DNA of 63,080 nucleotides, counting the filler, from assembly GCF_002087085.1 (NCBI RefSeq). It is 7 parts of 7 records of this genome, joined end to end, with 100 filler letters (N's around TTAATTAATTAA, not from the genome) between each part and the next. Parts side by side here need not be neighbours in the genome. Positions count along the whole stretch, not along the records: positions 1 to 17,441 come from NZ_MWQY01000036.1; positions 17,542 to 30,012 come from NZ_MWQY01000038.1; 5 more parts are not named here. The stretch is one strand, 5' to 3'. Positions 10,712-19,900 of this stretch are shown piece after piece. The translations under genes were made by a program, and so were the position numbers. Positions within the stretch are counted from its first letter, which is position 1. Every line of letters begins with the position of its first letter. The notes under the pieces were generated by a model. It made no database searches. It was given only the letters and a program-made list of their open reading frames with translations, and was not told the origin of the DNA.

Positions 10712-11242
10712 ATGAAAAATCTGATTTATTTATTGTGTTTCTGTCCTCTTCTTTGCATATTATCGTGCCGGAGCATTCCGCCGGGGGGCCAGGTGGTACG
10801 TCCTTTCGATGCGGACAGGTATCTGGGTACCTGGTTCGAGGTAGCACGCATGGATTTCTTTTTTGAACGGGGATTGAACAATACAACCGCAACATATACC
10901 CGAAACCCTGACGGTTCAATAAAGGTCGTCAATCGAGGATATAACCCGCAGAAGGATCGCTGGAAAACGGCAGAAGGACGAGCGGTTTTTGTTGACAGCC
11001 CTAATGAGGGACGGCTCAAGGTCTCTTTTTTTGGACCCTTTTACGGTGGCTACAATATTATTGCCCTGGATGATGATTACCAGTACGCCATGGTTGCCGG
11101 CAATGACACCGATAATCTTTGGATACTGTCGCGTTCACCATCAATACCAAGCGACGTCAGAGATCGATACCTGGTGATTGCCCGGCAGGCAGGATTTGCA
11201 GTTAATGAGCTCTTGTGGATAGAGCATGACAAGTCCTCCTGA
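10712..11242 (+). CDS. blc: Bacterial lipocalin lipoprotein
   Basis: Lipobox ILSC; RYLGTWFEVAR, LKVSFFGPFYGGY and LWILSR. Confidence 0.93.
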   Translation: MKNLIYLLCFCPLLCILSCRSIPPGGQVVRPFDADRYLGTWFEVARMDFFFERGLNNTTATYTRNPDGSIKVVNRGYNPQKDRWKTAEGRAVFVDSPNEGRLKVSFFGPFYGGYNIIALDDDYQYAMVAGNDTDNLWILSRSPSIPSDVRDRYLVIARQAGFAVNELLWIEHDKSS

Positions 11243-11346
11243 TGATACCGGTTCATAGCTTGCACAGAAAAGTATGATACAAAAACCCTCGCTTCAGGAG
11301 TATACTGTAAAGAAAAAAGCGGGCCTACCGCTGCGGGGGCACTATC

Positions 11347-12843
11347 ATGGAACGATCAATCATAATTATCGGGGCCGGGTTAACCGGTCTGGCTGCCGGA
11401 TGCTACGGCCGGATGAACGGCTACAAGACGCGCATATTCGAGATGCATACCATTCCAGGAGGTGTCTGTACTGCCTGGAAGCGAAAGGGTTACACCATCG
11501 ACGGAGCGGTCAACTGGGTATTGGGCACGGCCCCAGGTACGGCATTCCATCGATTCTGGCTTGAACTGGGGGCAGCCCGGAACTGGCAGGTCTACAATCA
11601 CGAACGAAACCTGGACATAGAAAACAGAGAGGGCAGGGCATTCACCTTCTACACCGACGCCGATCGTCTCGAACGCGAAATGATGGAAATCGCACCGGAG
11701 GACGGCAAGCTTATCCGGGAGTTCACGGATGCAATCCGCTATGCTGCGGGTATAAATATGTCGGTGGACAAGCCGGAGGAGCTGTACAGTATCATTGACA
11801 AGCTGAAAATGATCAGGAAGCTTCCCTTACTGAGATTCATGCAGAAATGGGGCAGGAAATCCGTAAGGGATTTTGTCGCTGGACTCAAGAGCCCCTATCT
11901 AAAGGAGATGCTTCCCCTCGTCTTCGGATTCGATGCACCAATGATCATGATGATAATGATGCTCGGCTGGCAGCACGGAAAGCTGGCGGGGTACCTGATC
12001 GGCGGCGCGCTGCCTTTGGTGGAGTCGATCGAGAAGCGTTATAAAGACCTGGGCGGCGAAGTGCACTACCAGGCACGGGTGGAGAAAATCCTCGTCGAGA
12101 ACGACACTGCGACGGGTATCCGTCTTTCCGACGGCACAGAGCATCGCGCCGACTGGATTATTTCTGCGGCTGACGGCAGGACAACAATTTTTGACATGCT
12201 GGACGGGCGGTATGTCGATAAGAAGATTATTGATCGATACGAGAACCCAAAACTGTTTAAGCCCCTGGTCTATGTCTCCCTGGGAGTGGACGGTATGGTC
12301 GAAGAACTGCCGGCTTCATGCGGTGGATTGACCTACCCCCTGGACCGGCCGCTGATAATTGCCGGAAAGGAACAGAAAATAATAAACGTCCGGTCCTACT
12401 GTTTTGATCCGACCCTTGCACCGAAAGGGAAAACTCTGCTCATTGTGCAGTACGAAACCGACTACGATTACTGGAAGAATCTGAAGGAGGAACCGGACAG
12501 GTATACGAAGGAGAAGGAACGAATTACCGCGGAGGTAATCGCCGGCCTGGAGCAGCGGTTTAACGGAATCACTGGGCGGATAGAAATGACCGATGTTGCC
12601 ACCCCGATTACCTGGGAACGCTATACCGGTAACTGGCGCGGTTCCTACGAAGGATGGCTCTTCGATGCGGAGAGTTTTACCTCCTCCATGAGAAAGACCC
12701 TGCCGGGGCTTAAGAATTTCTACATGGCCGGACAGTGGGTCAACCCGGGGGGCGGAATCCCGACGGCTGTAATGTCGGGTAACCATACTATCCAGCTCAT
12801 CTGCAGAGAGGACCACAGGAGCTTTGTTTCCAGTGAACCGTAG
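11347..12843 (+). CDS. Phytoene desaturase-like NAD(P)/FAD-dependent oxidoreductase
   Basis: IIIGAGLTGL Rossmann motif, PGGVCTAWKRKGYTIDG and MAGQWVNPGGG. Confidence 0.88.
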   Translation: MERSIIIIGAGLTGLAAGCYGRMNGYKTRIFEMHTIPGGVCTAWKRKGYTIDGAVNWVLGTAPGTAFHRFWLELGAARNWQVYNHERNLDIENREGRAFTFYTDADRLEREMMEIAPEDGKLIREFTDAIRYAAGINMSVDKPEELYSIIDKLKMIRKLPLLRFMQKWGRKSVRDFVAGLKSPYLKEMLPLVFGFDAPMIMMIMMLGWQHGKLAGYLIGGALPLVESIEKRYKDLGGEVHYQARVEKILVENDTATGIRLSDGTEHRADWIISAADGRTTIFDMLDGRYVDKKIIDRYENPKLFKPLVYVSLGVDGMVEELPASCGGLTYPLDRPLIIAGKEQKIINVRSYCFDPTLAPKGKTLLIVQYETDYDYWKNLKEEPDRYTKEKERITAEVIAGLEQRFNGITGRIEMTDVATPITWERYTGNWRGSYEGWLFDAESFTSSMRKTLPGLKNFYMAGQWVNPGGGIPTAVMSGNHTIQLICREDHRSFVSSEP

Positions 12844-12957
12844 ACTTTTCCACTTACTCGATCAATTATCGCTTTCGAGGAGCAGAGTAAAGACGTTTTA
12901 AAAACCACAACAAAGGAACAGAATCCTCAGCTGTGTCGCGCTCCTATAGTGGCCGTC

Positions 12958-13358
12958 GTGGTTAATCTCTCCTGAAGCACCAGCCCATCTTCCGCTGTAT
13001 TTATAGTACGGAACATAGTATATTACAAAAGATGACCATGGAGTCTTTTGTGGAAATTCTTGAGCAGGAACTCGAAGAGGCGGTGGAGGTAAAGAATAAA
13101 CGCTCCCTGCACCGTTATATAACCCTGCTCACGGAGAACCTTGTACGACAGGACCGGAACGAACGGGAACACTCGGAGTTCCGGGAGGCCATAATCCGCA
13201 TCGATACCAGAATCGAGGAAGGCTTTAAACGCATGGACCAGCGTTTTGAGTCAATGCAGAGTTCAATGGATATGCGCTTCGACATGATGTTCAAGTTCAT
13301 GACCACCGGGTTCGTCATCCTTGCTACAATGATGTCGGTTTACCAGTTTCTGGCGTAA
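12958..13358 (+). repeat. Direct repeat copy 1 (74-bp upstream region plus gene), paired with 16135-16622
   Basis: GTGGTTAATCTCTCCTGAAG begins both copies exactly 74 bp before the ATG; the coding sequences align outside the repeat tract. Confidence 0.9.
13032..13358 (+). CDS. Bdr/DUF1640-like coiled-coil protein with C-terminal TM anchor, short copy
   Basis: MDxRF repeats followed by a hydrophobic C-terminal helix; near-identical paralogue at 16209. Confidence 0.7.
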   Translation: MTMESFVEILEQELEEAVEVKNKRSLHRYITLLTENLVRQDRNEREHSEFREAIIRIDTRIEEGFKRMDQRFESMQSSMDMRFDMMFKFMTTGFVILATMMSVYQFLA

Positions 13359-13482
13359 TGAAACATTAACCGCGGCATCCCCGGAAAACATGGTTACAGG
13401 TACGGAACCCTCGACTATCCCGTTTTCCTGTGGTCTCGGCATCCAATCCGCTGTGAAGCGGCAGCTGCTTCATAATAAATTG

Positions 13483-13515
13483 AAAAAGGGCAACCTATCT
13501 GCCGATAAGTTGCCC
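13483..13515 (-). terminator. Rho-independent terminator after the sugar kinase
   Basis: GGGCAAC-CTATC-TGCC-GATAA-GTTGCCC hairpin; a T tract follows on the minus strand. Confidence 0.75.
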
Positions 13516-13545
13516 GTATAAAACAGTAGTCAGGCTTAATAATCC

Positions 13546-14877
13546 TCAAGGCTTTACATTGTTCAAATATCGTACAGCCGCAATTGCGTTTCCAAGAATC
13601 GGACAGTCATCCTTCTGTTCGAAATCAAAACCTTTAAGAAGGCGCTTTTTAAAATTGATGAAGTTCTCGCTGATGAGGCCGCCGGTAAGCTTAATTACAG
13701 GATTAAGTTTCTGAAACTCTCCGGCCAGCCGGATTGTATCGATAACCGGCTCGTGGATACCTGTGAGCAGGCTCAAAAGCATTTCATCCCGTCCGGTATC
13801 GAGGCTTAAACCGTTAAATGCTCCTTTCTTTTTTCTGAGACTCTGCCTGTCCCCCGTAAGGTAGGGTAGAAAGGTAACAGGATTCTCTGCCGGGTTCCGC
13901 TGCATGATTTCCGGAACGTAGGAACTGAAGAATTCCTCCTTGGACATTTCCCGGCAGAACTCATTCTTGAACCAGTCTATGGCAAAGCCGCCGGTGGTAA
14001 TGGCGAAAATCTGCCACTGTCCGGGGTAGTAGGCATTGCGCAGGTAATATTTGCTGTTAGTGACCGGCTTATCGGACAGAATGGTGATAATTTCGCTGCT
14101 GCCGGATATGTCCAGGATATCTCCGGGATTGTTGTTACCGGCACCGACATGTGCGACTGTAGCATCATTGGTTCCCAATAATACCGGTATGCCTTCCTTC
14201 AAGCCCGTAAGCCTGGAAAACTCCCGGGACAAACCGGAAAGGACTGTACCTGCGTTGTGGATTTCCGGCAGTTTGGATTCATCGATACCGAACTGTGTGA
14301 GGATTTCCTTTGACCAGCCGCTCCATTTGGTGGTTTCATACATTGCCATCTGTGCAGCGTTTGTCGGGTCCGTTGCCCAGTGCCCGGTAAACTTTTTATA
14401 CAGGTAGGTAACCAGGTGACCGATTTTACAGGTGTCGCCATAAATACCGGGCATATTCTCCTTGACCCAGAGCATCGTGGTAACGGATGCGCCGCCGGTA
14501 AACGGAAAAGTCCCGGTAATACGCTGAAACTCGTTTTCTCCCATTTCACGGATAATCTTTTTCGACTGTTCGCTGCTGCGCCGGTCAAGGTGCGTAATAA
14601 TCGGATACAGGGGATTGCCATCTTTGTCCATGAAGGCGACGGAGGGTGAAAAAGTGTCGTAGGCAATCGCCTCAATCCCGTTATGGTAAGGCCCAAAGCG
14701 CTTAATACATTTCAGCATGGCAGAGAAAACATCCTCAGGGTCCAATTCTACGAAGTTCGGTTTCGGGATTTTAAAGAAATACTCTTCCTTTACAGTGTCT
14801 ACGGTACGCAGGTGTTCGTCGATCAGCGAAGCTTTGATTGAAGAGGTCCCGAAATCCATGGAAAGTATGTACATCAT
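13546..14877 (-). CDS. FGGY family carbohydrate kinase (xylulokinase-like)
   Basis: SMDFGTSSIKA, ITHLDRRS and FLPYLTGDR. Confidence 0.9.
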   Translation of the reverse strand: MMYILSMDFGTSSIKASLIDEHLRTVDTVKEEYFFKIPKPNFVELDPEDVFSAMLKCIKRFGPYHNGIEAIAYDTFSPSVAFMDKDGNPLYPIITHLDRRSSEQSKKIIREMGENEFQRITGTFPFTGGASVTTMLWVKENMPGIYGDTCKIGHLVTYLYKKFTGHWATDPTNAAQMAMYETTKWSGWSKEILTQFGIDESKLPEIHNAGTVLSGLSREFSRLTGLKEGIPVLLGTNDATVAHVGAGNNNPGDILDISGSSEIITILSDKPVTNSKYYLRNAYYPGQWQIFAITTGGFAIDWFKNEFCREMSKEEFFSSYVPEIMQRNPAENPVTFLPYLTGDRQSLRKKKGAFNGLSLDTGRDEMLLSLLTGIHEPVIDTIRLAGEFQKLNPVIKLTGGLISENFINFKKRLLKGFDFEQKDDCPILGNAIAAVRYLNNVKP

Positions 14878-14885
14878 GAACTCCT

Positions 14886-15872
14886 TCAGGCTTCATTAAG
14901 GTGAAGCGTATTTTTCAGTTCTCTGTTTACGAAGCATTTTGGAAAGTAACCATCCAATACCATACGGCACTGTTCTGCAGCGATTCTCTGCAAATCCTTG
15001 AGGGAGCTTTCGGAATAATACCCAACGTGAGGAGTGACGATTACATTGTCGAGTTTGTCCAGCGGACTTTTGAGCGGTATGGTTTCCACCACGTCCAGAC
15101 CCGCACCGGCAATTTTTCCGTTCTTCAGAGCGTCGATTAATGCGTCTTCATCGATCAGACCGCCCCGTCCGGTGTTGATTATATAGACATTGCTTTTTAC
15201 CCGGGTCAGGGCCTGCGCGTCTATCATATGCTCAGTCTGCTTGTTCAGGGGCATGTGGAGGGACAGGAAATCCGATTCCTGCAGGACTGTATCAAAGTCG
15301 ACAAGCTTTACATTATTGTTTTTGGCAGTCTGCTCATCTACATAGGGATCAAAGGCTATCACCTTAAGGTTAAAAGCCTGCGCTTTTCGGGCGACCTCTC
15401 TACCGATGGATCCGAAACCGCAGATACCCAGCGTCATGCCTCGTAATCTGTTGACAGGCTTAATATGGTTATAGCTCCATTCACCGCTTTTAACCGATCT
15501 GTCCAGGGAATTAATCTTCCGGGATAATGATAAAAGCAGGGCAATGGCATGATCTGACACTTCGTCGATGCAGTAGTCGGTTACATTGGCCACAATAATG
15601 GAGTGGTCAGTGGCGGCTTCAACATCTATTGTGTCGACGCCGACGCCGTATCTGGTGATAACCTTGCATTTGGTCAGCTGCTCAATGACCTTTCTGGTTA
15701 CCGGTGCATACTGATTAAGGATGGCGTCAGCGTCTTTGGCGACCTCGATTACCTCGTCTTCGGTTTTGCACTGATGGATGTGCAGAGTGAACGTATCATC
15801 CTCAAAAATCTTTTTTTCCCCATCAAAACTCGCGTATTCTCCATCGGTAATGACAATTTTAAAACTTCCCAT
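14886..15872 (-). CDS. D-isomer-specific 2-hydroxyacid dehydrogenase (CtBP-like)
   Basis: RYGVGVDTID, GFGSIG, INTGRG and TPHVGYYSE. Start moved to ATG 15872 after GGAGG. Confidence 0.92.
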   Translation of the reverse strand: MGSFKIVITDGEYASFDGEKKIFEDDTFTLHIHQCKTEDEVIEVAKDADAILNQYAPVTRKVIEQLTKCKVITRYGVGVDTIDVEAATDHSIIVANVTDYCIDEVSDHAIALLLSLSRKINSLDRSVKSGEWSYNHIKPVNRLRGMTLGICGFGSIGREVARKAQAFNLKVIAFDPYVDEQTAKNNNVKLVDFDTVLQESDFLSLHMPLNKQTEHMIDAQALTRVKSNVYIINTGRGGLIDEDALIDALKNGKIAGAGLDVVETIPLKSPLDKLDNVIVTPHVGYYSESSLKDLQRIAAEQCRMVLDGYFPKCFVNRELKNTLHLNEA

Positions 15873-16134
15873 AGATACCTCCTGTTTTTCCCCTGTGTTG
15901 TGTACCGGCCCGAATTGACCGGCAGGAATGGTGAATATTGGTATGATAGTTGAATTAATTTTGGCCGTCAATGGCTAAGCCACGTGACGTGTAAAAAAGG
16001 GTGTTGAAGCAGGGTGAGGTATACACATCTCACAAACAAGCGTGGTTCTCCGCTCTTCTGAAAAAAGAATTTTAACCACCACCCCTACAATCACAACATT
16101 AAAATAGAACCTATAAAAATGTAGTGCTTCTGCA

Positions 16135-16622
16135 GTGGTTAATCTCTCCTGAAGAAGCAGCGTATGTTCCGCTGTATTAATATTACAGAACATAGTATAT
16201 TACAGGAGATGACCATGGAATCCTTGGCGGACATTCTGGAACAGGAACTCGAAGAAGCGGTGGAGGTAAAGAACAAACGCTCCCTGCACCGTTATATAAC
16301 CCTGCTGACTGAGAATCTTGTACGACAGGATCGGAACGAACGGGAACGCTCGGAGTTCCGGGAAGCCATAATCCGTATCGATACCCGCATCGAGGAAGGC
16401 TTTAAACGCATGGATGAGCGTTTTGAAGCTATGCAACGTACGATGGATGAACGCTTCGAATCTATGCAGCGCTCGATGGACGAGCGTTTTGGTGCCGTAC
16501 AGAAATCGATGGATGAGCGTTTTACATCTGTGGACAAACGTTTTGACATGATGTTCAAGTTCATGACCACAGGGTTTGTCATCCTTGCAACCATGATGTC
16601 GGTCTACCAGTTTCTGGCATGA
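16135..16622 (+). repeat. Direct repeat copy 2, paired with 12958-13358
   Basis: Same upstream block and gene; 87 nt longer because of extra repeat units. Confidence 0.9.
16209..16622 (+). CDS. Bdr/DUF1640-like coiled-coil protein with C-terminal TM anchor, long copy
   Basis: 137 aa; tandem 11-aa units MDERFEAMQRT/MDERFESMQRS/MDERFGAVQKS; RBS AGGAG. Confidence 0.72.
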   Translation: MTMESLADILEQELEEAVEVKNKRSLHRYITLLTENLVRQDRNERERSEFREAIIRIDTRIEEGFKRMDERFEAMQRTMDERFESMQRSMDERFGAVQKSMDERFTSVDKRFDMMFKFMTTGFVILATMMSVYQFLA

Positions 16623-16705
16623 GAAGAAGCGGAACCACGACATTCACGACAGAGGACTCTTGATTTTTCTGGGTGGTTATGGAACGGCGGATAAAGCTTC
16701 AGGAC

Positions 16706-16732
16706 AAAAAAAGTCCCACAAAGCGGGGACTC
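16706..16732 (-). terminator. Rho-independent terminator closing the tRNA-linked array
   Basis: The minus strand reads AGAGTCCCCGCTTTGTGGGACTTTTTTT. Confidence 0.7.
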
Positions 16733-16738
16733 TTCGCA

Positions 16739-17038
16739 TCGACTGATACCTTACGGTTTCAGGACGCTTCATTTCGGCCATGAGTGAGCTTCGCTCCCTC
16801 GCGGCCCTCAATTTCAGCGCCTGATACTTTACAGTTTCAGGCGCTTCGGTTCGGGAATGACAAAGCAAGCTTTGCCATTCCGCTCACTCTACAGCGCCTG
16901 ATCTCCAAGGGAGTTCAGGACGATTCATTTCGGCCATGAGTGAGCTTCGCTCACTCTCAGCGCCTGATACCTTGCGGTTTCAGTCACTTCGACTCGGAAA
17001 TGTCAGAGCAGGAAGCTCTGCCATTTCACTCGTTTTCA
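16739..17038 (-). repeat. Four-unit (66-79 bp) hairpin array linked to the tRNA-Gly 3' end
   Basis: Units start near 16739, 16817, 16894 and 16960 with (G)CG(A/C)CTGAT, matching the tRNA acceptor end at 17039. Each unit holds two stem-loops. Confidence 0.85.
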
Positions 17039-17082
17039 GCGACTGATCGGAATCGAACCGACGTCATCAGCTTGGAAGGCTG
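17038..17082 (-). pseudogene. 3' half of tRNA-Gly(TCC), probable att scar of an integrated element
   Basis: The minus strand reads CAGCCTTCCAAGCTGATGACGTCGGTTCGATTCCGATCAGTCGCT (anticodon arm, T arm, acceptor 3' strand). No D arm or 5' acceptor strand is present upstream. Confidence 0.85.
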
Positions 17083-17386
17083 TAACGTAGAGATATTAGA
17101 GATATTTAATAACTCTCAAGAGTTACATAATTCATTATATAGTAAGAAATAAACTTGTCAAGAATAATCTCGAGCTATCATAATACTTAGAAAATCGAGA
17201 GAATAGTGCTTACTCAATTGCCTACACGGGAATGTGAGCATTAAAAACTTAAGGATCTGGTAGGTGGGAAAGTCGGGGGTATTTCAGATTCTATTACTCT
17301 GAACATGCCTTCCTTATACGAATCAGATTATTGAGGTAGTTTTTCTTCTGAAAGGAAATTATGCAGTACCTTGATAACGATCGACG

Positions 17387-17441
17387 CTAACCCGCATTTC
17401 TCACAAATAAAATGAAAAAGAGGGCCTTTTTATGATAAATT
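17387..17441. mobile_element. Possible IS terminus at contig end, family unknown
   Basis: The last 55 nt (CTAACCCGCATTTCTCACAAATAAA...) match the length of the repeat stubs at other contig ends. Inference only. Confidence 0.3.
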
Positions 17442-17541
17442 NNNNNNNNNNNNNNNNNNNNNNNNNNNNNNNNNNNNNNNNNNNNTTAATTAATTAANNN
17501 NNNNNNNNNNNNNNNNNNNNNNNNNNNNNNNNNNNNNNNNN
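17442..17541. other. Artificial contig linker
   Basis: N run with central TTAATTAATTAA (stops in all frames). Confidence 0.98.
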
Positions 17542-17596
17542 AAACCGGTCATAATTGCCGTATAAACGGGGAAACTGAGTTTTTCAGGAGACCCTA
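17542..17596. mobile_element. IS terminus (IS5-like inverted repeat)
   Basis: TTTTTCAGGAGACCCTA, also found at 30151-30167; both lie in the first 55 nt of a contig and abut a broken gene. Confidence 0.7.
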
Positions 17597-17853
17597 CATA
17601 CGAAAATACATACAATGCCCCTACTTCAACATTCACCGCAAACTTCAATTATTTCAATCCTGATCCTGCGCAATTTTCTTCCGCGCTATCCGGTACATTG
17701 ACGACAGTAACTGATACGACGGATGATTCTTCCTCAACGACGGGAACGCTGTACTATGCCGGTGATCCCATGGTATTCGATATTTCAAACGACAGCACCG
17801 GCAACAGCAGCGGAACGATTACATATCGAGGGACGTCGTATCCAATGGAATAG
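17596..17853 (+). pseudogene. 3' fragment of a Ser/Thr-rich probable surface protein, cut by the IS
   Basis: Open frame TYENTYNAPTSTF...GTITYRGTSYPME* starts at the IS end with no start codon. Confidence 0.6.
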
Positions 17854-18149
17854 CAGAAACAGGAGCTGAATTGGGTCATCATTTATGTTATTGAACACCT
17901 TAAACTTTCCTGGGACGCAAGGATGTTATTCGTATTGCAGGTTTTGAACACATAATTAAGGAACAATGCTTTTGCATTGTTCCTGTACTGCCCTTCCCCA
18001 TTTTTGTATCAAGGGGGAGGTTTTGTTTTTTCGCATCTTTGAGGTGACGGTCCTATTCTTCGGAGTCAGCAATTTTTGGCTGCATTGATATGATCCTGGA
18101 GGCTGATGGAGAGTCTGGTTTGGTCGGGCTTCCGGCGTTATTGCTGGGT

Positions 18150-18262
18150 GGGTGATTATGCGAAATTCGGGAAAGCCAGCAGGGATGGGGGTTATGCGCA
18201 ATGGGGGATGATGCGTAATAATTTATGAACAACAGTTTTGTGCTGATTATAGGATGTTATGT
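18150..18262 (+). promoter_or_regulatory. Putative integron attI region
   Basis: Core GTTATGT at 18256-18262; GTTATGTGG is the exact complement of the R'' region CCACATAAC of the downstream attC. Short (TT)ATGCG repeats lie upstream and the DNA becomes AT-rich after the core. Confidence 0.65.
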
Positions 18263-18301
18263 GGACAAAAGGTTTAAATTGAATAACTAAGGATATGAAA
18301 A

Positions 18302-18952
18302 ATGCGAAGATTTACAATTATAGAGAGAAAAATAATAAATTTTATCATAAAAATGTATGAAAATCAGCATTATAATTGTCTTTACAACTTACTTTTTGAT
18401 ATAGATGGAATTATTGGTATTACACATCATTTTTACTTAAACTTTGAGAAAAAAGATGAAGTTCATTTTTTTTTTGAAGAAGCAACTCTAAATGAAATGA
18501 CGAAAGATCAGCGTAAAATAAAAAATTATATAAATGAGAAAACACAAATTTTTGCAAATACAATTGAATTTATTCAGTATTTAATAGATGAAAAATATTT
18601 AACTATAATAGAAAGTGATAACAAGAGTTCTGACGAAAATCCAAAACCAAATCAGGGCTATATACATACTTCATTTGTTCAAATGAGTACTGAATTTCAA
18701 AGAAAATTTTATAAACATGAGAAATACATTTATATTCCTACTCAAAAATTATTTGATCTTGTTAATAATAAGTTTATTGATGAAAACGGAATTCGGGAAA
18801 AAAATGAAAAGTTCCATAAAGGAATAACTTTATCATTAGCTATTATCTCAATTCTTATTGCTTTAGGGAGCTTATTCCTTACTATTTTGAATAATAAAGA
18901 AAGTACTGAGCCAATTAAAGTAGAAATAATTAATACTAAACCAAACCCATAA
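18302..18952 (+). CDS. Hypothetical protein with C-terminal TM helix (cassette 1, ORF1)
   Basis: AT-rich 216-aa ORF with one hydrophobic segment, ITLSLAIISILIALGSLFLTIL. Confidence 0.75.
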   Translation: MRRFTIIERKIINFIIKMYENQHYNCLYNLLFDIDGIIGITHHFYLNFEKKDEVHFFFEEATLNEMTKDQRKIKNYINEKTQIFANTIEFIQYLIDEKYLTIIESDNKSSDENPKPNQGYIHTSFVQMSTEFQRKFYKHEKYIYIPTQKLFDLVNNKFIDENGIREKNEKFHKGITLSLAIISILIALGSLFLTILNNKESTEPIKVEIINTKPNP

Positions 18953-18979
18953 TATTGAATTAATAGTTAGGAGAATAAT

Positions 18980-19900
18980 ATGTCTTTATTCAGAATTGAT
19001 AATGATAACATTCAGAATATTAAAGAAGAACCTTTCAAGTTAGAAAAAGAAATTCAGACTCTTTGTGAAGAAAACTTGGAATTATTATTAAACTTAGAAT
19101 TCGTAAAAAGTGAATTTCAAATTGATCGTTTTCGCCTTGATTCTTTAGCTTACGACAAAAAAACAAATTCTTTTATAATTGTCGAATATAAAAGAGATAA
19201 GAATTTCAGTGTTATTGATCAAGGGTATGCATATTTATCGCTCATGTTGAATAATAAAGCAGACTTCATCCTCGAATATAATGAAAACTCTGGTAAAACA
19301 ATAAAACGAAATGAAGTAGATTGGTCTCAATCGCGCGTAATATTTATAGCTCCAAGTTTTTCAAATTATCAGAAGGAAGCAATAAATTTTAAAGATTTAC
19401 CAATCGAATTATGGGAAATAAAAAGATTTTCAAATAAAACAATATTATTTTCACAAATCAATACAAAAGGGTCAACAGAATCAATTCAAACCATATCGAA
19501 ATCGAATGAAGAAATTTCCTATGTGAGTAAGGAAGTGAAAGTCTATTCAGAACAAGACAATATTGATAACGGAAGTGATGAAACTATTGAACTATATGAG
19601 AAAATAAAAATATACATTCTTAATCTTGGTGATGATATAAATATAAGACCAACAAAACTCTATATCGGTTTTATTACAAAATCAAATTTCTGTGATATAG
19701 CGATTCTTAGGAGTTCAATAAAAATCTGGATAAACCTTCAAAAAGGTCAACTAGATGATCCAAAAGAAGTTGCTAGAGATGTTTCAAATGTAGGACATCA
19801 TGGAAATGGTGATTATCAAATACAGATTAGTGATGCAGCTAATTTAGAATATATTATTAGCTTGGTAAAGCAGAGCTATAATTTATCAAAGGCCACATAA
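18980..19900 (+). CDS. NucS-like PD-(D/E)xK nuclease domain fused to DUF5655 (cassette 1, ORF2)
   Basis: EKEIQ, RLDSLAYD and IIVEYKR nuclease motifs; C-terminal RDVSNVGHHGNGD and LVKQSY. RBS AGGAG. Confidence 0.8.
   Translation: MSLFRIDNDNIQNIKEEPFKLEKEIQTLCEENLELLLNLEFVKSEFQIDRFRLDSLAYDKKTNSFIIVEYKRDKNFSVIDQGYAYLSLMLNNKADFILEYNENSGKTIKRNEVDWSQSRVIFIAPSFSNYQKEAINFKDLPIELWEIKRFSNKTILFSQINTKGSTESIQTISKSNEEISYVSKEVKVYSEQDNIDNGSDETIELYEKIKIYILNLGDDINIRPTKLYIGFITKSNFCDIAILRSSIKIWINLQKGQLDDPKEVARDVSNVGHHGNGDYQIQISDAANLEYIISLVKQSYNLSKAT

Noticed and set aside
16739..17038. CRISPR array
   Set aside because: The repeats are degenerate and derive from a tRNA end, the spacers recur (A/B alternation) and are hairpins, and no cas genes are in the window.
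17038..17110. Complete tRNA-Gly(TCC)
   Set aside because: The D arm and 5' acceptor strand are missing.
17956..18201. Minus-strand 81-aa ORF as an integron integrase remnant
   Set aside because: It sits where intI would be, but shows no tyrosine-recombinase or IntI motif.
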